A DNA stretch of 62,267 nucleotides, counting the filler. It is 6 parts of 6 records of this genome, joined end to end, with 100 filler letters (N's around TTAATTAATTAA, not from the genome) between each part and the next. Parts side by side here need not be neighbours in the genome. Positions count along the whole stretch, not along the records: positions 22,538 to 33,062 come from SRR22947725_4701; positions 33,163 to 43,602 come from SRR22947725_4707; 4 more parts are not named here. One strand, given 5' to 3'. Both the position numbers and the translations under genes were made by a program. Shown here in pieces: positions 29,878 to 40,303 of the stretch. Under the pieces are notes generated by a model, which saw only the letters and a list, made by a program, of their open reading frames with translations, did not search any database and was not told the origin of the DNA. How positions within the stretch are numbered: the stretch's first letter is position 1; every line of letters begins with the position of its first letter.

Positions 29878-32635
29878 ATGGAGCGGCACAAGCGTCCAAC
29901 GATGTCGGTCGATAAAGGAGCAACCCGCATTCCTCTGCCGCCCTTGCAGACGCAGGTATTGGCGGGAGAGGTCGGTGAGGCTGGGCAAGACGGGAATGAC
30001 GAACTGAATTTGAAAATCACGCCGCTGTCTGTCACGACACAGCACGTGTTCGTCGACTGTACGAATGGTTTTGGTGCTGAGAGTGAATTTGGGGCGAAAC
30101 GTGCGTCCACGAGCTCCTCGAACGAGATTGCTGCCCATTCCTCGACTGATCGTTCCCACTCCCGCTCGCTCTCCACGGGTGTTGAGGTGGCGTCGGCGAG
30201 CGTCAAATCGATGTCGGCGGGTCCGTTGTCTTCGGTGAACGTGGTTGTGCGCGTCAGGCCGCTGCGGGCCGCGGAGGCTGGGTCGGCCTCCGTCGTGTCG
30301 ACGGTGAATCAGGGGGACGTGCACCAGGTTGTGCTGAGTGATCCGAGTCGCGATGGGTCGGGTCCGTTTACGGTCCAAGTGGACGCGGCTCTTCCTTCCT
30401 CTTCGACGCAGGCTGACGTGTTTGGCGTGGTGGGCTGGCCGATGGTGGACCACTGCATGGATGGGTTCAACTCGACCATCTTTGCCTATGGGCAGACTGG
30501 CTCGGGGAAGACACACACGATGATGGGCGACATCGAAGATGAGCAGCAGGCGGGGCTTGTTCCAAGGGTTTTTGCTTGTCTGTTCGAGGCCATTCGTGCA
30601 AGGGCCAGTGACGGCGAGGACGACTCGTACACCATCTCGTGCTCCTTCCTCGAGATCTACAACGAGGAGGTCACCGACTTGCTGCATACGTCGTCGACGA
30701 ATTTACAAATCCGCGATGGGGATGTGAAGCGTGGCGTGTACGTGCAGGGCCTGAGTTCGCATCCTGTTGCGAGCCTGGCAGACGTGCTGCGGTTGATTGC
30801 GTTTGGCTCGGAGAATCGGAAGATTGCGAGTACCGAGTTGAACGAGCGGAGTTCGAGGAGCCACTCTGTGTTCACGGCGACGATCACGTGGGAGGGGGTA
30901 CGAGCCGGGGTGAAGACGTTCCGGAGCAGCAAGCTGAATTTGGTCGACCTGGCGGGCAGCGAGCGGGTGGGGAAGAGCGGTGCCACCGGCGAGCAATTGG
31001 TGGAGGCGAGGAGTATCAACAAAAGCTTGAGTGTGCTGGGAAGGGTTATTGCGCGGCTGGTGGATAAACAGGTTGGCGGCGGTGGAAATGTACACGTGCC
31101 GTACAGGGACTCCAAACTCACATTCTTGTTGCAGGTGCGTTTCGTCGTCGGCGGATCTTTACGATATCGCGGGCCGCGGGTCGCGCTTTAGACATACCTA
31201 GCCTGACTTCGATTCTTCCTCGTGCCGTTTCACCCCCGTCGATGCAGGAGAGTTTGGGCGGCAACAGCAAGACGGCAGTTGTGGCGACGGTTACACCAAG
31301 TGCCTGCTCCGCCGGAGAAACATACTGCACCCTGGCGTTTGCCGCCGGGGCGAAGAAGATGAAGTGCCGGGCAGTTGTGAATGAGGATGAGATGGAACGC
31401 GGCAGCCTAAACGAGGAGATGATTCGGGCCCTCCGGGAGGAGAATGCCATTCTGCGGGCAGAGCTGGACGAGAGTCGCGTCGAGGCAGAGATGGCTGGCA
31501 GTTTGCAGAGCAGTATGGAGATGTCCAGATATCATTCGGAGAAGGTAGAGACACTGGAACGGGAGCTGGAACAGATTCGGATGTTGTTTGATCAGAACTC
31601 GGCGGTACGGTCTTTGTTCCGGCGAGCTCTCGACTCTGGATGGTCGCCGATGGGTTTCTCACTCGTGATTCACACGCGTTGCCACAGGTTATTGGGATGT
31701 TGCGCGCCGAGCAATCGGTCATCCAACGGGAGCTCGTGGAGAGCAAGGCGACGGCGCTTCGGGCCACGCAGGAGGCCAGCACGCTTCGCGCGAGCAACGT
31801 GAGCCTGAGCAATGCCTTCGAGGCGCTAGAAGAAGAGAATTCCAGGTTGCAAGGAGCACTGGAGAACCTCCAAGAACAGTTCGTGCTCGATAACGGCGAG
31901 CTGGAGCAGGCCAAGATAGACATGGCCAAAGAAATTGAGCGGCTGGCGGCAGACGCCGAGCTCGAGGCAAGTTCGCTGCGAGAGAAGCTCGAGGAGATCA
32001 AGTCAGCACGTCAGAAGGAGGTGGCAGAGATGGAGACGAAGCTGGTCCTCTTGGAGAAGGACCTTGCCCACAGCAACGACAAGGCGTCGTCCCTCAGGAA
32101 GCGTATGGATGATGCGGCGGAGTTCAAGGCGATTGCGGACTCTTCGAGGGTAGAGATCAAGATGCTGAAAGAGAAAATGGCCGAGTTGAAGGAAGAGTAC
32201 ATGGAAGAGCGCCAGAAGCTTGCGGCAGACCTTGCGTTGGCGAGGAGCAACGAGCGTGCAAGCTGCGAGGGTTTGGCCCTTGCGACACTGGAAAAGCAGC
32301 AACTGACTGCAGAGATCGAGTCAATGCGCAAAGAACACGAGCGCGATCTGAAAGAGCGGGCTGAAGCGGCCGACAGACTCGAGAAACGGGTCAAGGATGA
32401 GAAGGCTTCCGTGGCAAAATATAAGCGGATGGTGGGGGAGATCAGCAAGCTCGTTGACTGGGCCCAGTCTAACCAAGCTGGATCCGCCGCCGCCGCCGCG
32501 GCTGTGATGGCAGCTTCGAATGAAAACGACGCGATCAAGCCTTCGCCTGCGGCTCAGGCGGCTCTCCGCATCGCCCGCATGAGCCTGTCGAATGGGAATG
32601 GGGTGTCCACCCACGTGCTGCGCGACGTCAACTGA
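29878..32635 (+). CDS. Kinesin motor with coiled-coil tail (kinesin-12-like); introns 31135-31247 and 31605-31687
   Basis: FAYGQTGSGKT, LEIYNE, SSRSH, LVDLAGSE, HVPYRDSKLTFLLQ|ESLGGNSKT; long heptad tail. Confidence 0.9.
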
Positions 32636-33062
32636 TTACTGTATATTTCTACAACCATGATGTCTAAAATATACGTTGCGCTGCTGGCCCTGGTCATCAA
32701 CGGTACGTCGTCGCGATCTCCACGCTCGTCGTCGGGACGCACTCGGACGTTCTGGAGTCGACCGGAGCCGACCTCGCTCGCTTGTCGCTTGTCGTTCGTC
32801 ATGTGCCGCCGCGCCCGTGGCTTGGCCGTATTTTGATCGGACAATATCGCATTGATTCACGGAATGCGTGACGTGCCGGGATTGTAGCCGATTGTAGCCG
32901 TACCCGCGCACTGTCATGTCCCCTCACGGTTCCATTCAGATGAGCCCCGTGGGTCACCGTGGATTGACTTGCGGCAAATCTCATCATGACCCCCACCACC
33001 ACGACGGCGTCCATATACGCAAAACCCTTGGGCATGACAGACACGCACGACCGACACGCACA

Positions 33063-33162
33063 NNNNNNNNNNNNNNNNNNNNNNNNNNNNNNNNNNNNNN
33101 NNNNNNTTAATTAATTAANNNNNNNNNNNNNNNNNNNNNNNNNNNNNNNNNNNNNNNNNNNN
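33063..33162. other. Artificial contig spacer
   Basis: Same linker. Confidence 0.99.
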
Positions 33163-33214
33163 ACCGGTGTACACGGATTTGCAATCCGCTGCGTCACCAC
33201 TCCGCCAACTCGCC
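33163..33214 (-). tRNA. tRNA-Cys(GCA), 3' end truncated by contig edge
   Basis: Minus strand GGCGAGTTGGCGGAGTGGTGACGCAGCGGATT-GCA-AATCCGTGTACACCGGT: D arm, anticodon arm, start of T arm. Confidence 0.92.
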
Positions 33215-33373
33215 ATCTGATGTGGTACACTGGGCTATACCAATCGGATGCATGTGGTGCAAGATGAAACATGGCCTTATATCAAGCTTTTAATAGTCAA
33301 AAATTAAATTTTAGTTTAACTGCAATTATATTATCTTATAAGCTAGTAAGTTTTGTAATATCGAGAAATAAAA

Positions 33374-34828
33374 ATGGTTAAATCTATTATGATACAAGGT
33401 GCTGGCTCTAATGTTGGCAAGTCAATGATTGTAGCAGGTCTTTGCCGAGCGTTTAGTGCTAGAGGTTTGAAAGTTTTACCATTTAAACCACAAAATATGT
33501 CAAATAATGCATCTGTAACCGCAGATGGTGGTGAAATAGGAAGAGCTCAGGCGATGCAAGCAATGGCATGTAGAGTAAATCCTATTATTGATATGAACCC
33601 TGTGCTGCTCAAACCTGAAACAGAAGTAGGTGCACAAGTTATTGTGCAAGGTCAGAGGTTAACAACTGTGAAGGCAAGAGATTATGCTCAATTAAAGCCT
33701 ACTTTAATGCCACGCGTTATGGAAAGTTTTAATAGATTAGCCAAGGAAGCAGACCTTATAATAGTCGAAGGTGCAGGAAGCCCAGCAGAAACTAACCTTC
33801 GTGCAGGTGATATCGCAAATATGGGATTTGCCGAAGCTGCAAATATACCTGTTATATTAGTTGGTGATATTGACCGTGGTGGAGTAATCGCACAGTTGGT
33901 AGGAACCTATTCGATCTTAGATTCTGAAGATTTAACAAGAATAAAAGGATTTATGATTAATAAATTTAGAGGCGATGTTACACTATTTGATGGTGGATTA
34001 GCTGATATTATTAATCACACAAAGTGGCCGTCTATGGGTGTTTTGCCATGGTTTAATAATGCGGGGTATCTGCCTGCTGAAGATGCATCAGATATAAAAC
34101 CAAAATCTACGGGCAAAGGGTTTAAAGTTGTAGTGCCTAAACTTTCACGTATAGCAAACTTTGATGATTTAGATCCTCTTTCAGCAGATCCAAATATTTC
34201 TGTAGAGATAATATCTCCTGGGCAACCATTACCACTTGACTCAGATTTAATGTTATTACCGGGAACAAAATCAACAATTGGAGATTTAAAGTTTTTTAGA
34301 GAACAAGGCTGGGATATTGATTTGGCAGCATACGTGAGAGCGGGTGGGCAAGTTCTTGGCATCTGTGGTGGCTATCAAATGCTAGGTCAAGAAATAGTTG
34401 ACTCTGAAGGGATAGAAGGGACACCTGGAAAGCATAAGGGACTAGGGCACTTAGATGTTGTAACTGAAATGCATGCTGAAAAACGATTAGCAATAGTTTC
34501 TGGCACTGATTTGATTTCTGGGGCTAGTGTTGATGGCTATGAAATTCATATTGGCCAAACAAGTGGTAATGATTGTAATAATCATTGGCTAATAATGAAT
34601 AATAACAAGACAGGTGCTGCATCAGCAGATGGTAAAATCCAAGGATGCTATATTCATGGCCTTTTTTCTTCTGATGGATTTCGACAAAATTATTTAGAGC
34701 GAATTGGTGCAAATATTGCTAAAAGTGAATATTCAGTTAAGGTTGAAAAGACATTAAATGATTTAGCAATCCACATGGAAGAAAATTGCGATTTGGATCA
34801 GATACTAAGGATCGCATCTGAAAAATAA
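33374..34828 (+). CDS. cobQ: Cobyric acid synthase
   Basis: QGAGSNVGKS, FKPQNMSNN, EGAGSPAE, GICGGYQMLG, GYEIH, GCYIHG. Confidence 0.96.
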   Translation: MVKSIMIQGAGSNVGKSMIVAGLCRAFSARGLKVLPFKPQNMSNNASVTADGGEIGRAQAMQAMACRVNPIIDMNPVLLKPETEVGAQVIVQGQRLTTVKARDYAQLKPTLMPRVMESFNRLAKEADLIIVEGAGSPAETNLRAGDIANMGFAEAANIPVILVGDIDRGGVIAQLVGTYSILDSEDLTRIKGFMINKFRGDVTLFDGGLADIINHTKWPSMGVLPWFNNAGYLPAEDASDIKPKSTGKGFKVVVPKLSRIANFDDLDPLSADPNISVEIISPGQPLPLDSDLMLLPGTKSTIGDLKFFREQGWDIDLAAYVRAGGQVLGICGGYQMLGQEIVDSEGIEGTPGKHKGLGHLDVVTEMHAEKRLAIVSGTDLISGASVDGYEIHIGQTSGNDCNNHWLIMNNNKTGAASADGKIQGCYIHGLFSSDGFRQNYLERIGANIAKSEYSVKVEKTLNDLAIHMEENCDLDQILRIASEK

Positions 34829-34829
34829 T

Positions 34830-36164
34830 TTATCTATTTTTAAGCTTTTCTAAAATTCTTATTCTTGCTTTGCCCAAAGGTGAAGTTTGCTCAATTTTAT
34901 TATTATTACTAAATGAATTGAAAGTTTGAACTTCTAAACCCAAGTTTGAAGTTGTTAATTGACCCATCTCTGACAAGACGTTGTAAGCTTGAACTTGTTC
35001 ATCTCTAAGAGCTGTAACTAAGTTTGACCTTGCTGAAAGGAGTTCTTGTTCGGCATCTAATACATCAAGTGTAGTTCGAGATCCCAGTTTAGATTCTTCG
35101 CGCATTCCTTCAAAAGCTATTTGTGATGCTTCAATTTGTGCTTTGCTTGCTTTTATAGCAGCTACAGCGGCTAACCATGAAGAGTGATATATCTGAAGAT
35201 TTGATCTTGTTGTGAGTAATGCAATATCTAATGCGTGCTTGCTAATTTTTTTATCATTTATGGCAGCGCGTTTTTTGCTTCTTAGATTACCGGAATTAAA
35301 TAAAGGAATTGTTGCTTGTATTGTAGCTCCGGTAGAAGAACTAATGGATGTGCCAGTCTTTGACGTAATACTACCTATTATAGTTGGGTTAAAAATTCCT
35401 CGTGATGCATCAATTCTGTATTCTGAAACTTTCAACTGTAGTCTCGCTGCAAGAATTCTTGGGTGATTTTCTATTGCAATTTTTTCTGCTTTGGAAAATG
35501 TATTTGGAATTTCGGGATGTTTGGGGGGGGTAGATAAATTGCCATGGTTCTCGCCTACTACAAGAAGATAGGATGCGCTTTTTCCAGTCAAAATTGCTTT
35601 ACGTGTTTCAACATTACTTACAGCTAGAGCAAGTCTTGCTTTTGTTTGACTTACATCAGTACGGGTAACTTCACCAACTTCGAAACGATTATTTGCTGCT
35701 CGCAATTGCTCCTCAATAACTTTAATATTATTTTCAGCTAATTCTAGATTTGCTTGGGCTTGACGCAAATCCATATAAACTGTGATGGCTTTTAATAAAT
35801 TGTCTTGCTCAGCTTTAATTAATAGTTCCCTTTCGGCTAAAACAGTATACTTAGCCGCATCTACTAAGTTTGATGATTGACCACCATCATATAGTAATTG
35901 TTTAATAGTTATGTTTGCGCTGTTGTTATACTTACCATTACTTTCGTCAAGATTTTGTGACAAGTTTGCGCTTAAATCAGGTTTTTTAACTGATAACTGT
36001 TGCGTAACACTTTCATTATACTTTAATATTTTTTCACGCTGCTGTGCGATTAAGAAATTATTATTGTAAGTAGCCTCTAATGTTGATTTAAGATTTGTTT
36101 CTTTTGCGGATACAGGAAAAGCAAAGAGCATGATTATTACAGAGCTAGAAAAAAATCTAAACAT
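34830..36164 (-). CDS. tolC: TolC-family outer membrane protein
   Basis: Signal peptide; RFEVGEVTRTDVSQ, LGSRTTLDVLDAEQEL; downstream of pcm. Confidence 0.9.
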   Translation of the reverse strand: MFRFFSSSVIIMLFAFPVSAKETNLKSTLEATYNNNFLIAQQREKILKYNESVTQQLSVKKPDLSANLSQNLDESNGKYNNSANITIKQLLYDGGQSSNLVDAAKYTVLAERELLIKAEQDNLLKAITVYMDLRQAQANLELAENNIKVIEEQLRAANNRFEVGEVTRTDVSQTKARLALAVSNVETRKAILTGKSASYLLVVGENHGNLSTPPKHPEIPNTFSKAEKIAIENHPRILAARLQLKVSEYRIDASRGIFNPTIIGSITSKTGTSISSSTGATIQATIPLFNSGNLRSKKRAAINDKKISKHALDIALLTTRSNLQIYHSSWLAAVAAIKASKAQIEASQIAFEGMREESKLGSRTTLDVLDAEQELLSARSNLVTALRDEQVQAYNVLSEMGQLTTSNLGLEVQTFNSFSNNNKIEQTSPLGKARIRILEKLKNR

Positions 36165-36216
36165 TTTGAACCTTGGTACGTTGTTTATAGTATATTTATC
36201 TTTATTTGATTTTAAA

Positions 36217-36873
36217 TCAAACTAAAGAAAACGACTTTGTTTCAGAGAAGTCTTTGATGATTGGTGCTGTTGCATCAAATTCAGAGCGCCATGTGATATC
36301 AGAACCTCTTTTAATACCAAGAAAACACTGACCAATTGCACCATCTGTGAATATACAAATAATTCTTCCACCATCTTTTAGTTGTGTTTTTAAGTCTTCA
36401 GAAAGTTTTTGTACGCCACCTTCAATTATAATCACATCATAAAGACCATGTTTCTCATCACCATTTTGAAGTTCACCGTATATAACTATGGCATTATCAA
36501 CGCCTTCGTCTTCTAGGGCTTTTTGAGCAAATTCCGCTAGTTTATTATCTGACTCAAGTGCAACTACAGCTTGAGCAAGTTTCGCTATAACTGCAGTAGA
36601 GTATCCTGTGCCGCAGGCTACATCTAATACTAACTCTTCTGATTTTATTGATACTGCATCTAACATTTTTGCAAATATTCGTGGATCTAAAATTATGCGG
36701 TTTTCAGAAAGCGTTAAATGTTCTCCCATGTAAGCTATAGATTGCTTTTCAATTGGCACAAATTTTTCTTTGGGAGTTTGTAATAATGCGTCAATAATGG
36801 GGTATTTAGTAACGTCAGAAGGTCTTACTTGGCAATCTACCATAGATTCTCGTGCAGTTTGAAAGTTAGTCAT
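36217..36873 (-). CDS. pcm: Protein-L-isoaspartate O-methyltransferase family
   Basis: ARESMVDCQVRPSDV, VLDVACGTGYS, YDVIIIEG. Confidence 0.88.
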   Translation of the reverse strand: MTNFQTARESMVDCQVRPSDVTKYPIIDALLQTPKEKFVPIEKQSIAYMGEHLTLSENRIILDPRIFAKMLDAVSIKSEELVLDVACGTGYSTAVIAKLAQAVVALESDNKLAEFAQKALEDEGVDNAIVIYGELQNGDEKHGLYDVIIIEGGVQKLSEDLKTQLKDGGRIICIFTDGAIGQCFLGIKRGSDITWRSEFDATAPIIKDFSETKSFSLV

Positions 36874-36989
36874 TTGTAATATCTTCTTTAGAATGTGAAT
36901 TATTTTTGTTTATTGCCACAGCTTGGCTAGATCAGCAATAGCATGTTGTAAAAGTCCGGTGCAAATATTTTGCAATGAATTTATAAAAA

Positions 36990-37032
36990 AACTGGTAAAT
37001 ATAGTTGACCAATTTAAAACACATGCTACTCT
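36990..37032 (+). promoter_or_regulatory. Candidate sigma70 promoter overlapped by a GntR/FadR-like inverted repeat
   Basis: AACTGGTAAA-TATAG-TTGACCAATT; TTGACC..16 bp..TACTCT. Confidence 0.4.
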
Positions 37033-37165
37033 CAATATATGTTGATTACTATTTATTAAATTCTTACAAAAATCGCTACTTGATTATAGAACGTTTTGGT
37101 AACAACTTTTCTGATTATGAGTAAAATCAAAATCATTAATCAAACTATATCCTTGGGAGGGGAAT

Positions 37166-38260
37166 ATGACAGATAAATTAAATCGTAGAAAATTTTTACG
37201 TGGAACAGCAGTGGCAGGTGCAGCTACTCTTGCAACACCGGCAATTGCTGACGGGCACGCAACCACTCTAAAAATGCAAGCAGCATGGGGTGGAGGCATA
37301 TTCCTTGAAAATGCACAATCTTACGTAGATCGTGTCCACGCGATGGCAGGTAATTCATTGAAAATTGATTTACTAGCAGTAAATTCAGTCGTGAAAACGT
37401 CTCAAATGCAAGATGCAGTACATAGAGGTGTTCTAGATGCATGTCACTATGTGCCAGCATATTGGTATTCTAAGTCAAAAACAGCATCATTATTTGGCAC
37501 AGGACCGTGTTTTGGTTGGTCATCACAAGAAGTGCTAGGCTGGGTGAACTATGGTGGCGGACAAGAGCTATTTGATGAATTAATGGGTGACCTAGGTTTA
37601 AATCTTGTTTCGTTTTTCAACTCACCAATGCCAGCGCAGCCATTAGGTTGGTTCAAGGAAGAGATTAAAAGCGCTGCTCAAATGGAAGGCCTAAAATACC
37701 GAACAGTAGGCTTGGCTGCAGACGTATTACTCGAAATGGGAATGTCTGTTGTTCAATTGCCTGGTGGTGAAATACAGCCAGCAATGAAATCTGGGTTAAT
37801 TGATGCTGCTGAGTACAACAACCCTACATCAGACCGTGATTTTGGTATGCAAGATGTCTCAAAAGATTATCATTTGGCATCTTTCCACCAATCTCAAGAG
37901 TTCTTTGAGGTTTCGTTTAATAAAAAGAAATACAACAAACTTCCAGATGAGCTCAAAGCGATCTTAAAATACGCTTCTGAAGCTGAAAATTCAAACTTCT
38001 ATTGGAATAACACAAAAAGATATTCTGATGATCTTGAGAAGCTACAAAGCGAGCATGGCGTAAATGTACATAGAACACCAGACAGTGTTATGCAGGCACA
38101 ATTAGAAGCTTGGGATGTTGTTACAGATAGAATTGCTGGTGAAGATGCATTCTTTGCAAAAGTTATCGAAAGCCAAAAAGCTTATGCGAAAAATGTTATG
38201 GGTTATCTAAACCTTAACCAACCTGATTATAAATTAGCTTATAAGCATTACTTTGGGTAA
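37166..38260 (+). CDS. TRAP substrate-binding protein (DctP/TakP-like), Tat-exported
   Basis: LNRRKFLRG twin-arginine leader; QPLGWF, GLKYRTVG, GLIDAAEYNNP. Confidence 0.9.
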   Translation: MTDKLNRRKFLRGTAVAGAATLATPAIADGHATTLKMQAAWGGGIFLENAQSYVDRVHAMAGNSLKIDLLAVNSVVKTSQMQDAVHRGVLDACHYVPAYWYSKSKTASLFGTGPCFGWSSQEVLGWVNYGGGQELFDELMGDLGLNLVSFFNSPMPAQPLGWFKEEIKSAAQMEGLKYRTVGLAADVLLEMGMSVVQLPGGEIQPAMKSGLIDAAEYNNPTSDRDFGMQDVSKDYHLASFHQSQEFFEVSFNKKKYNKLPDELKAILKYASEAENSNFYWNNTKRYSDDLEKLQSEHGVNVHRTPDSVMQAQLEAWDVVTDRIAGEDAFFAKVIESQKAYAKNVMGYLNLNQPDYKLAYKHYFG

Positions 38261-38270
38261 TTAGTATTTT

Positions 38271-38301
38271 AATGGGGGCCAGATTGGCCCTCATTTTTTT
38301 T
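38271..38301 (+). terminator. Hairpin with U tract after the TRAP binding-protein gene
   Basis: AATGGGGGCCA-GAT-TGGCCCTCATT followed by a T run. Confidence 0.7.
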
Positions 38302-38319
38302 ATGATAGGGAGAAGATAT

Positions 38320-38871
38320 TTGCTCAAAATTGTCCATGGAATTGAGGGTCTGAGTATTTGGGTTGGGAGAGCATTTGGTTGGTGTATACTGATTTTAACA
38401 CTATCCGTGGCTTACGAAGTATTTATGCGTTATGTTTTAAATTCACCCACTGTTTGGGCTTTTGATATGATGATACAAATGTATGGTGCATTATTTCTTA
38501 TGGCTGGACCATACGCGCTAGCACAAGATACTCACGTACGTGGAGACGTCTTATATAGATTATTTACAAAAAAATGGCAGGCTAGATTGGACTTTCTATT
38601 ATACCTTTTGTTTTTCTTCCCGGGAATATTAGCTTTATTCTGGTACGGTTGGGAAATTGCATCAGATAGTTGGAGATATCAAGAAGTTAGTTGGAATAGT
38701 CCAGCAAGAATTCAAATCTATTTCTTTAAAACATTAATTCCATTAGCAGGTGCTTTGATGCTACTTCAAGGTGTGGCTGAATTGATAAGATGTTGGACAG
38801 CTATGCGAACAGGCGTCTGGATGGAAAGACTTGATGACGTACGAGAAACTGAAGATATGTTAACTGATTAA
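38320..38871 (+). CDS. TRAP small permease (DctQ)
   Basis: YEVFMRYVLNSPTVWA, HVRGDVLY; 4 TM; likely TTG start at 38320 after GGGAG. Confidence 0.88.
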   Translation: MLKIVHGIEGLSIWVGRAFGWCILILTLSVAYEVFMRYVLNSPTVWAFDMMIQMYGALFLMAGPYALAQDTHVRGDVLYRLFTKKWQARLDFLLYLLFFFPGILALFWYGWEIASDSWRYQEVSWNSPARIQIYFFKTLIPLAGALMLLQGVAELIRCWTAMRTGVWMERLDDVRETEDMLTD

Positions 38872-38938
38872 GCAATACATAACCTACATAACTCTTAAGT
38901 TTAATTACTTAAAATAAGCATTTACGAAAGTTACTAAA

Positions 38939-40303
38939 ATGACAAATCCAGAAGTTGCAATTTTAATGCTATGCATGTTTATCATGCTAGTTTTATTAGG
39001 ATTTCCTATTGCATTTACATTAATCGCAATGGGAGTAGGTTTCGGTTATTATGCCTATTACGATGGCCCACCAGAAATATTTTCAGAGATATTTGATAAT
39101 AATATATTCTATTTGCTCAACCAAAATACATATTCGGTTATGGAGAATGATACTCTTGTTGCAATACCATTGTTCTTATTTATGGGTTATGTAGTAGAGC
39201 GTGCAAATATTGTTAATAGACTGTTCTTTTCACTATATATGGCGGCAAGAAATTTACCTGGATCTTTAGCAATTGCAGCATTATTGACTTGTGCTGTTTT
39301 TTCTACGGCTTCAGGAATTGTTGGTGCAGTTGTAACTTTAATGGGCCTTTTGGCATATCCTGCAATGGCGAATGCAAATTATAATAAAAGTTTTGCTTCG
39401 GGTGTTATTTGTGCTGGAGGTACACTGGGAATCCTTATCCCCCCTTCAATTATGTTAATAGTATACGCAGCAATTGGAAACCTTTCACCATTACGCCTTT
39501 ACGCAGCAGCAGTTTTTCCTGGTTTGATACTTGCTGGATTTTATATAGTTTACGTTATTGCTAGAGTTTGGTGGAATCCATCCATAGCACCAAAGCCTAA
39601 TTTAGACGATGTGCCTCCTAAAGGTCAGATTTACTGGGACTTGTTAGTTTCCTTTGTGCCTCTAACTCTATTGATTACAGTAGTTCTTGGCTCAATTCTT
39701 GGTGGATTAGCCACGCCAGCTGAAGCCGCTGCTATGGGTGCTCTCGGTGGTATGATTCTTGCAGTTTGTTACAGATCGATGACATGGGATAAACTTAAGG
39801 AAAGTGTGTTTTTGACAGCTAAAGCAACTGCGATGGTCTGTTGGTTATTTGTGGGATCTTGGACTTTTGCTTCTGTGTTTTCATATTTAGGTGGTCATGA
39901 CTTAATTTCACATTGGGTCATTGGTATGGATTTAACCACAATACAGTTTTTGATTTTGGCACAATTGATTATTTTTATACTTGGTTGGCCACTAGAGTGG
40001 TCAGAAATATTAATTATATTTGTTCCAATTTTTCTTCCATTGTTAGAGCCTTTTGGAGTGAATCCTTACTTTTTTGCCATGTTGGTTGCTCTCAACCTAC
40101 AAACCTCCTTTCTGACACCTCCTATGGCTATGTCTGCATATTATTTGAAGGGCGTTTTGAAAAATCAAATTGAATTGATAGATATATTTAAGGGTATAAT
40201 GCCTTATCTTGGGATTGTTATATTCACAATGGTTCTAATGTATATCTACCCTGGAATTGCTTTATGGTTCCCAGACTATTTATTTGGTGAATATATACCA
40301 TGA
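38939..40303 (+). CDS. TRAP large permease (DctM)
   Basis: LVAIPLFLFMG, GGTLGILIPPSI, ATPAEAAA, NLQTSFLTPP. Confidence 0.93.
   Translation: MTNPEVAILMLCMFIMLVLLGFPIAFTLIAMGVGFGYYAYYDGPPEIFSEIFDNNIFYLLNQNTYSVMENDTLVAIPLFLFMGYVVERANIVNRLFFSLYMAARNLPGSLAIAALLTCAVFSTASGIVGAVVTLMGLLAYPAMANANYNKSFASGVICAGGTLGILIPPSIMLIVYAAIGNLSPLRLYAAAVFPGLILAGFYIVYVIARVWWNPSIAPKPNLDDVPPKGQIYWDLLVSFVPLTLLITVVLGSILGGLATPAEAAAMGALGGMILAVCYRSMTWDKLKESVFLTAKATAMVCWLFVGSWTFASVFSYLGGHDLISHWVIGMDLTTIQFLILAQLIIFILGWPLEWSEILIIFVPIFLPLLEPFGVNPYFFAMLVALNLQTSFLTPPMAMSAYYLKGVLKNQIELIDIFKGIMPYLGIVIFTMVLMYIYPGIALWFPDYLFGEYIP

Noticed and set aside
22548-33062. Numerous overlapping and antisense ORFs in the GC-rich contigs (also 56004-62267)
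   Set aside because: Shadow ORFs from high GC and codon bias; the spliced gene models explain the region
33215-33373. Cobalamin riboswitch upstream of cobQ (also checked metH and the TBDR leaders)
   Set aside because: No B12-box or AGGGAA core recognisable
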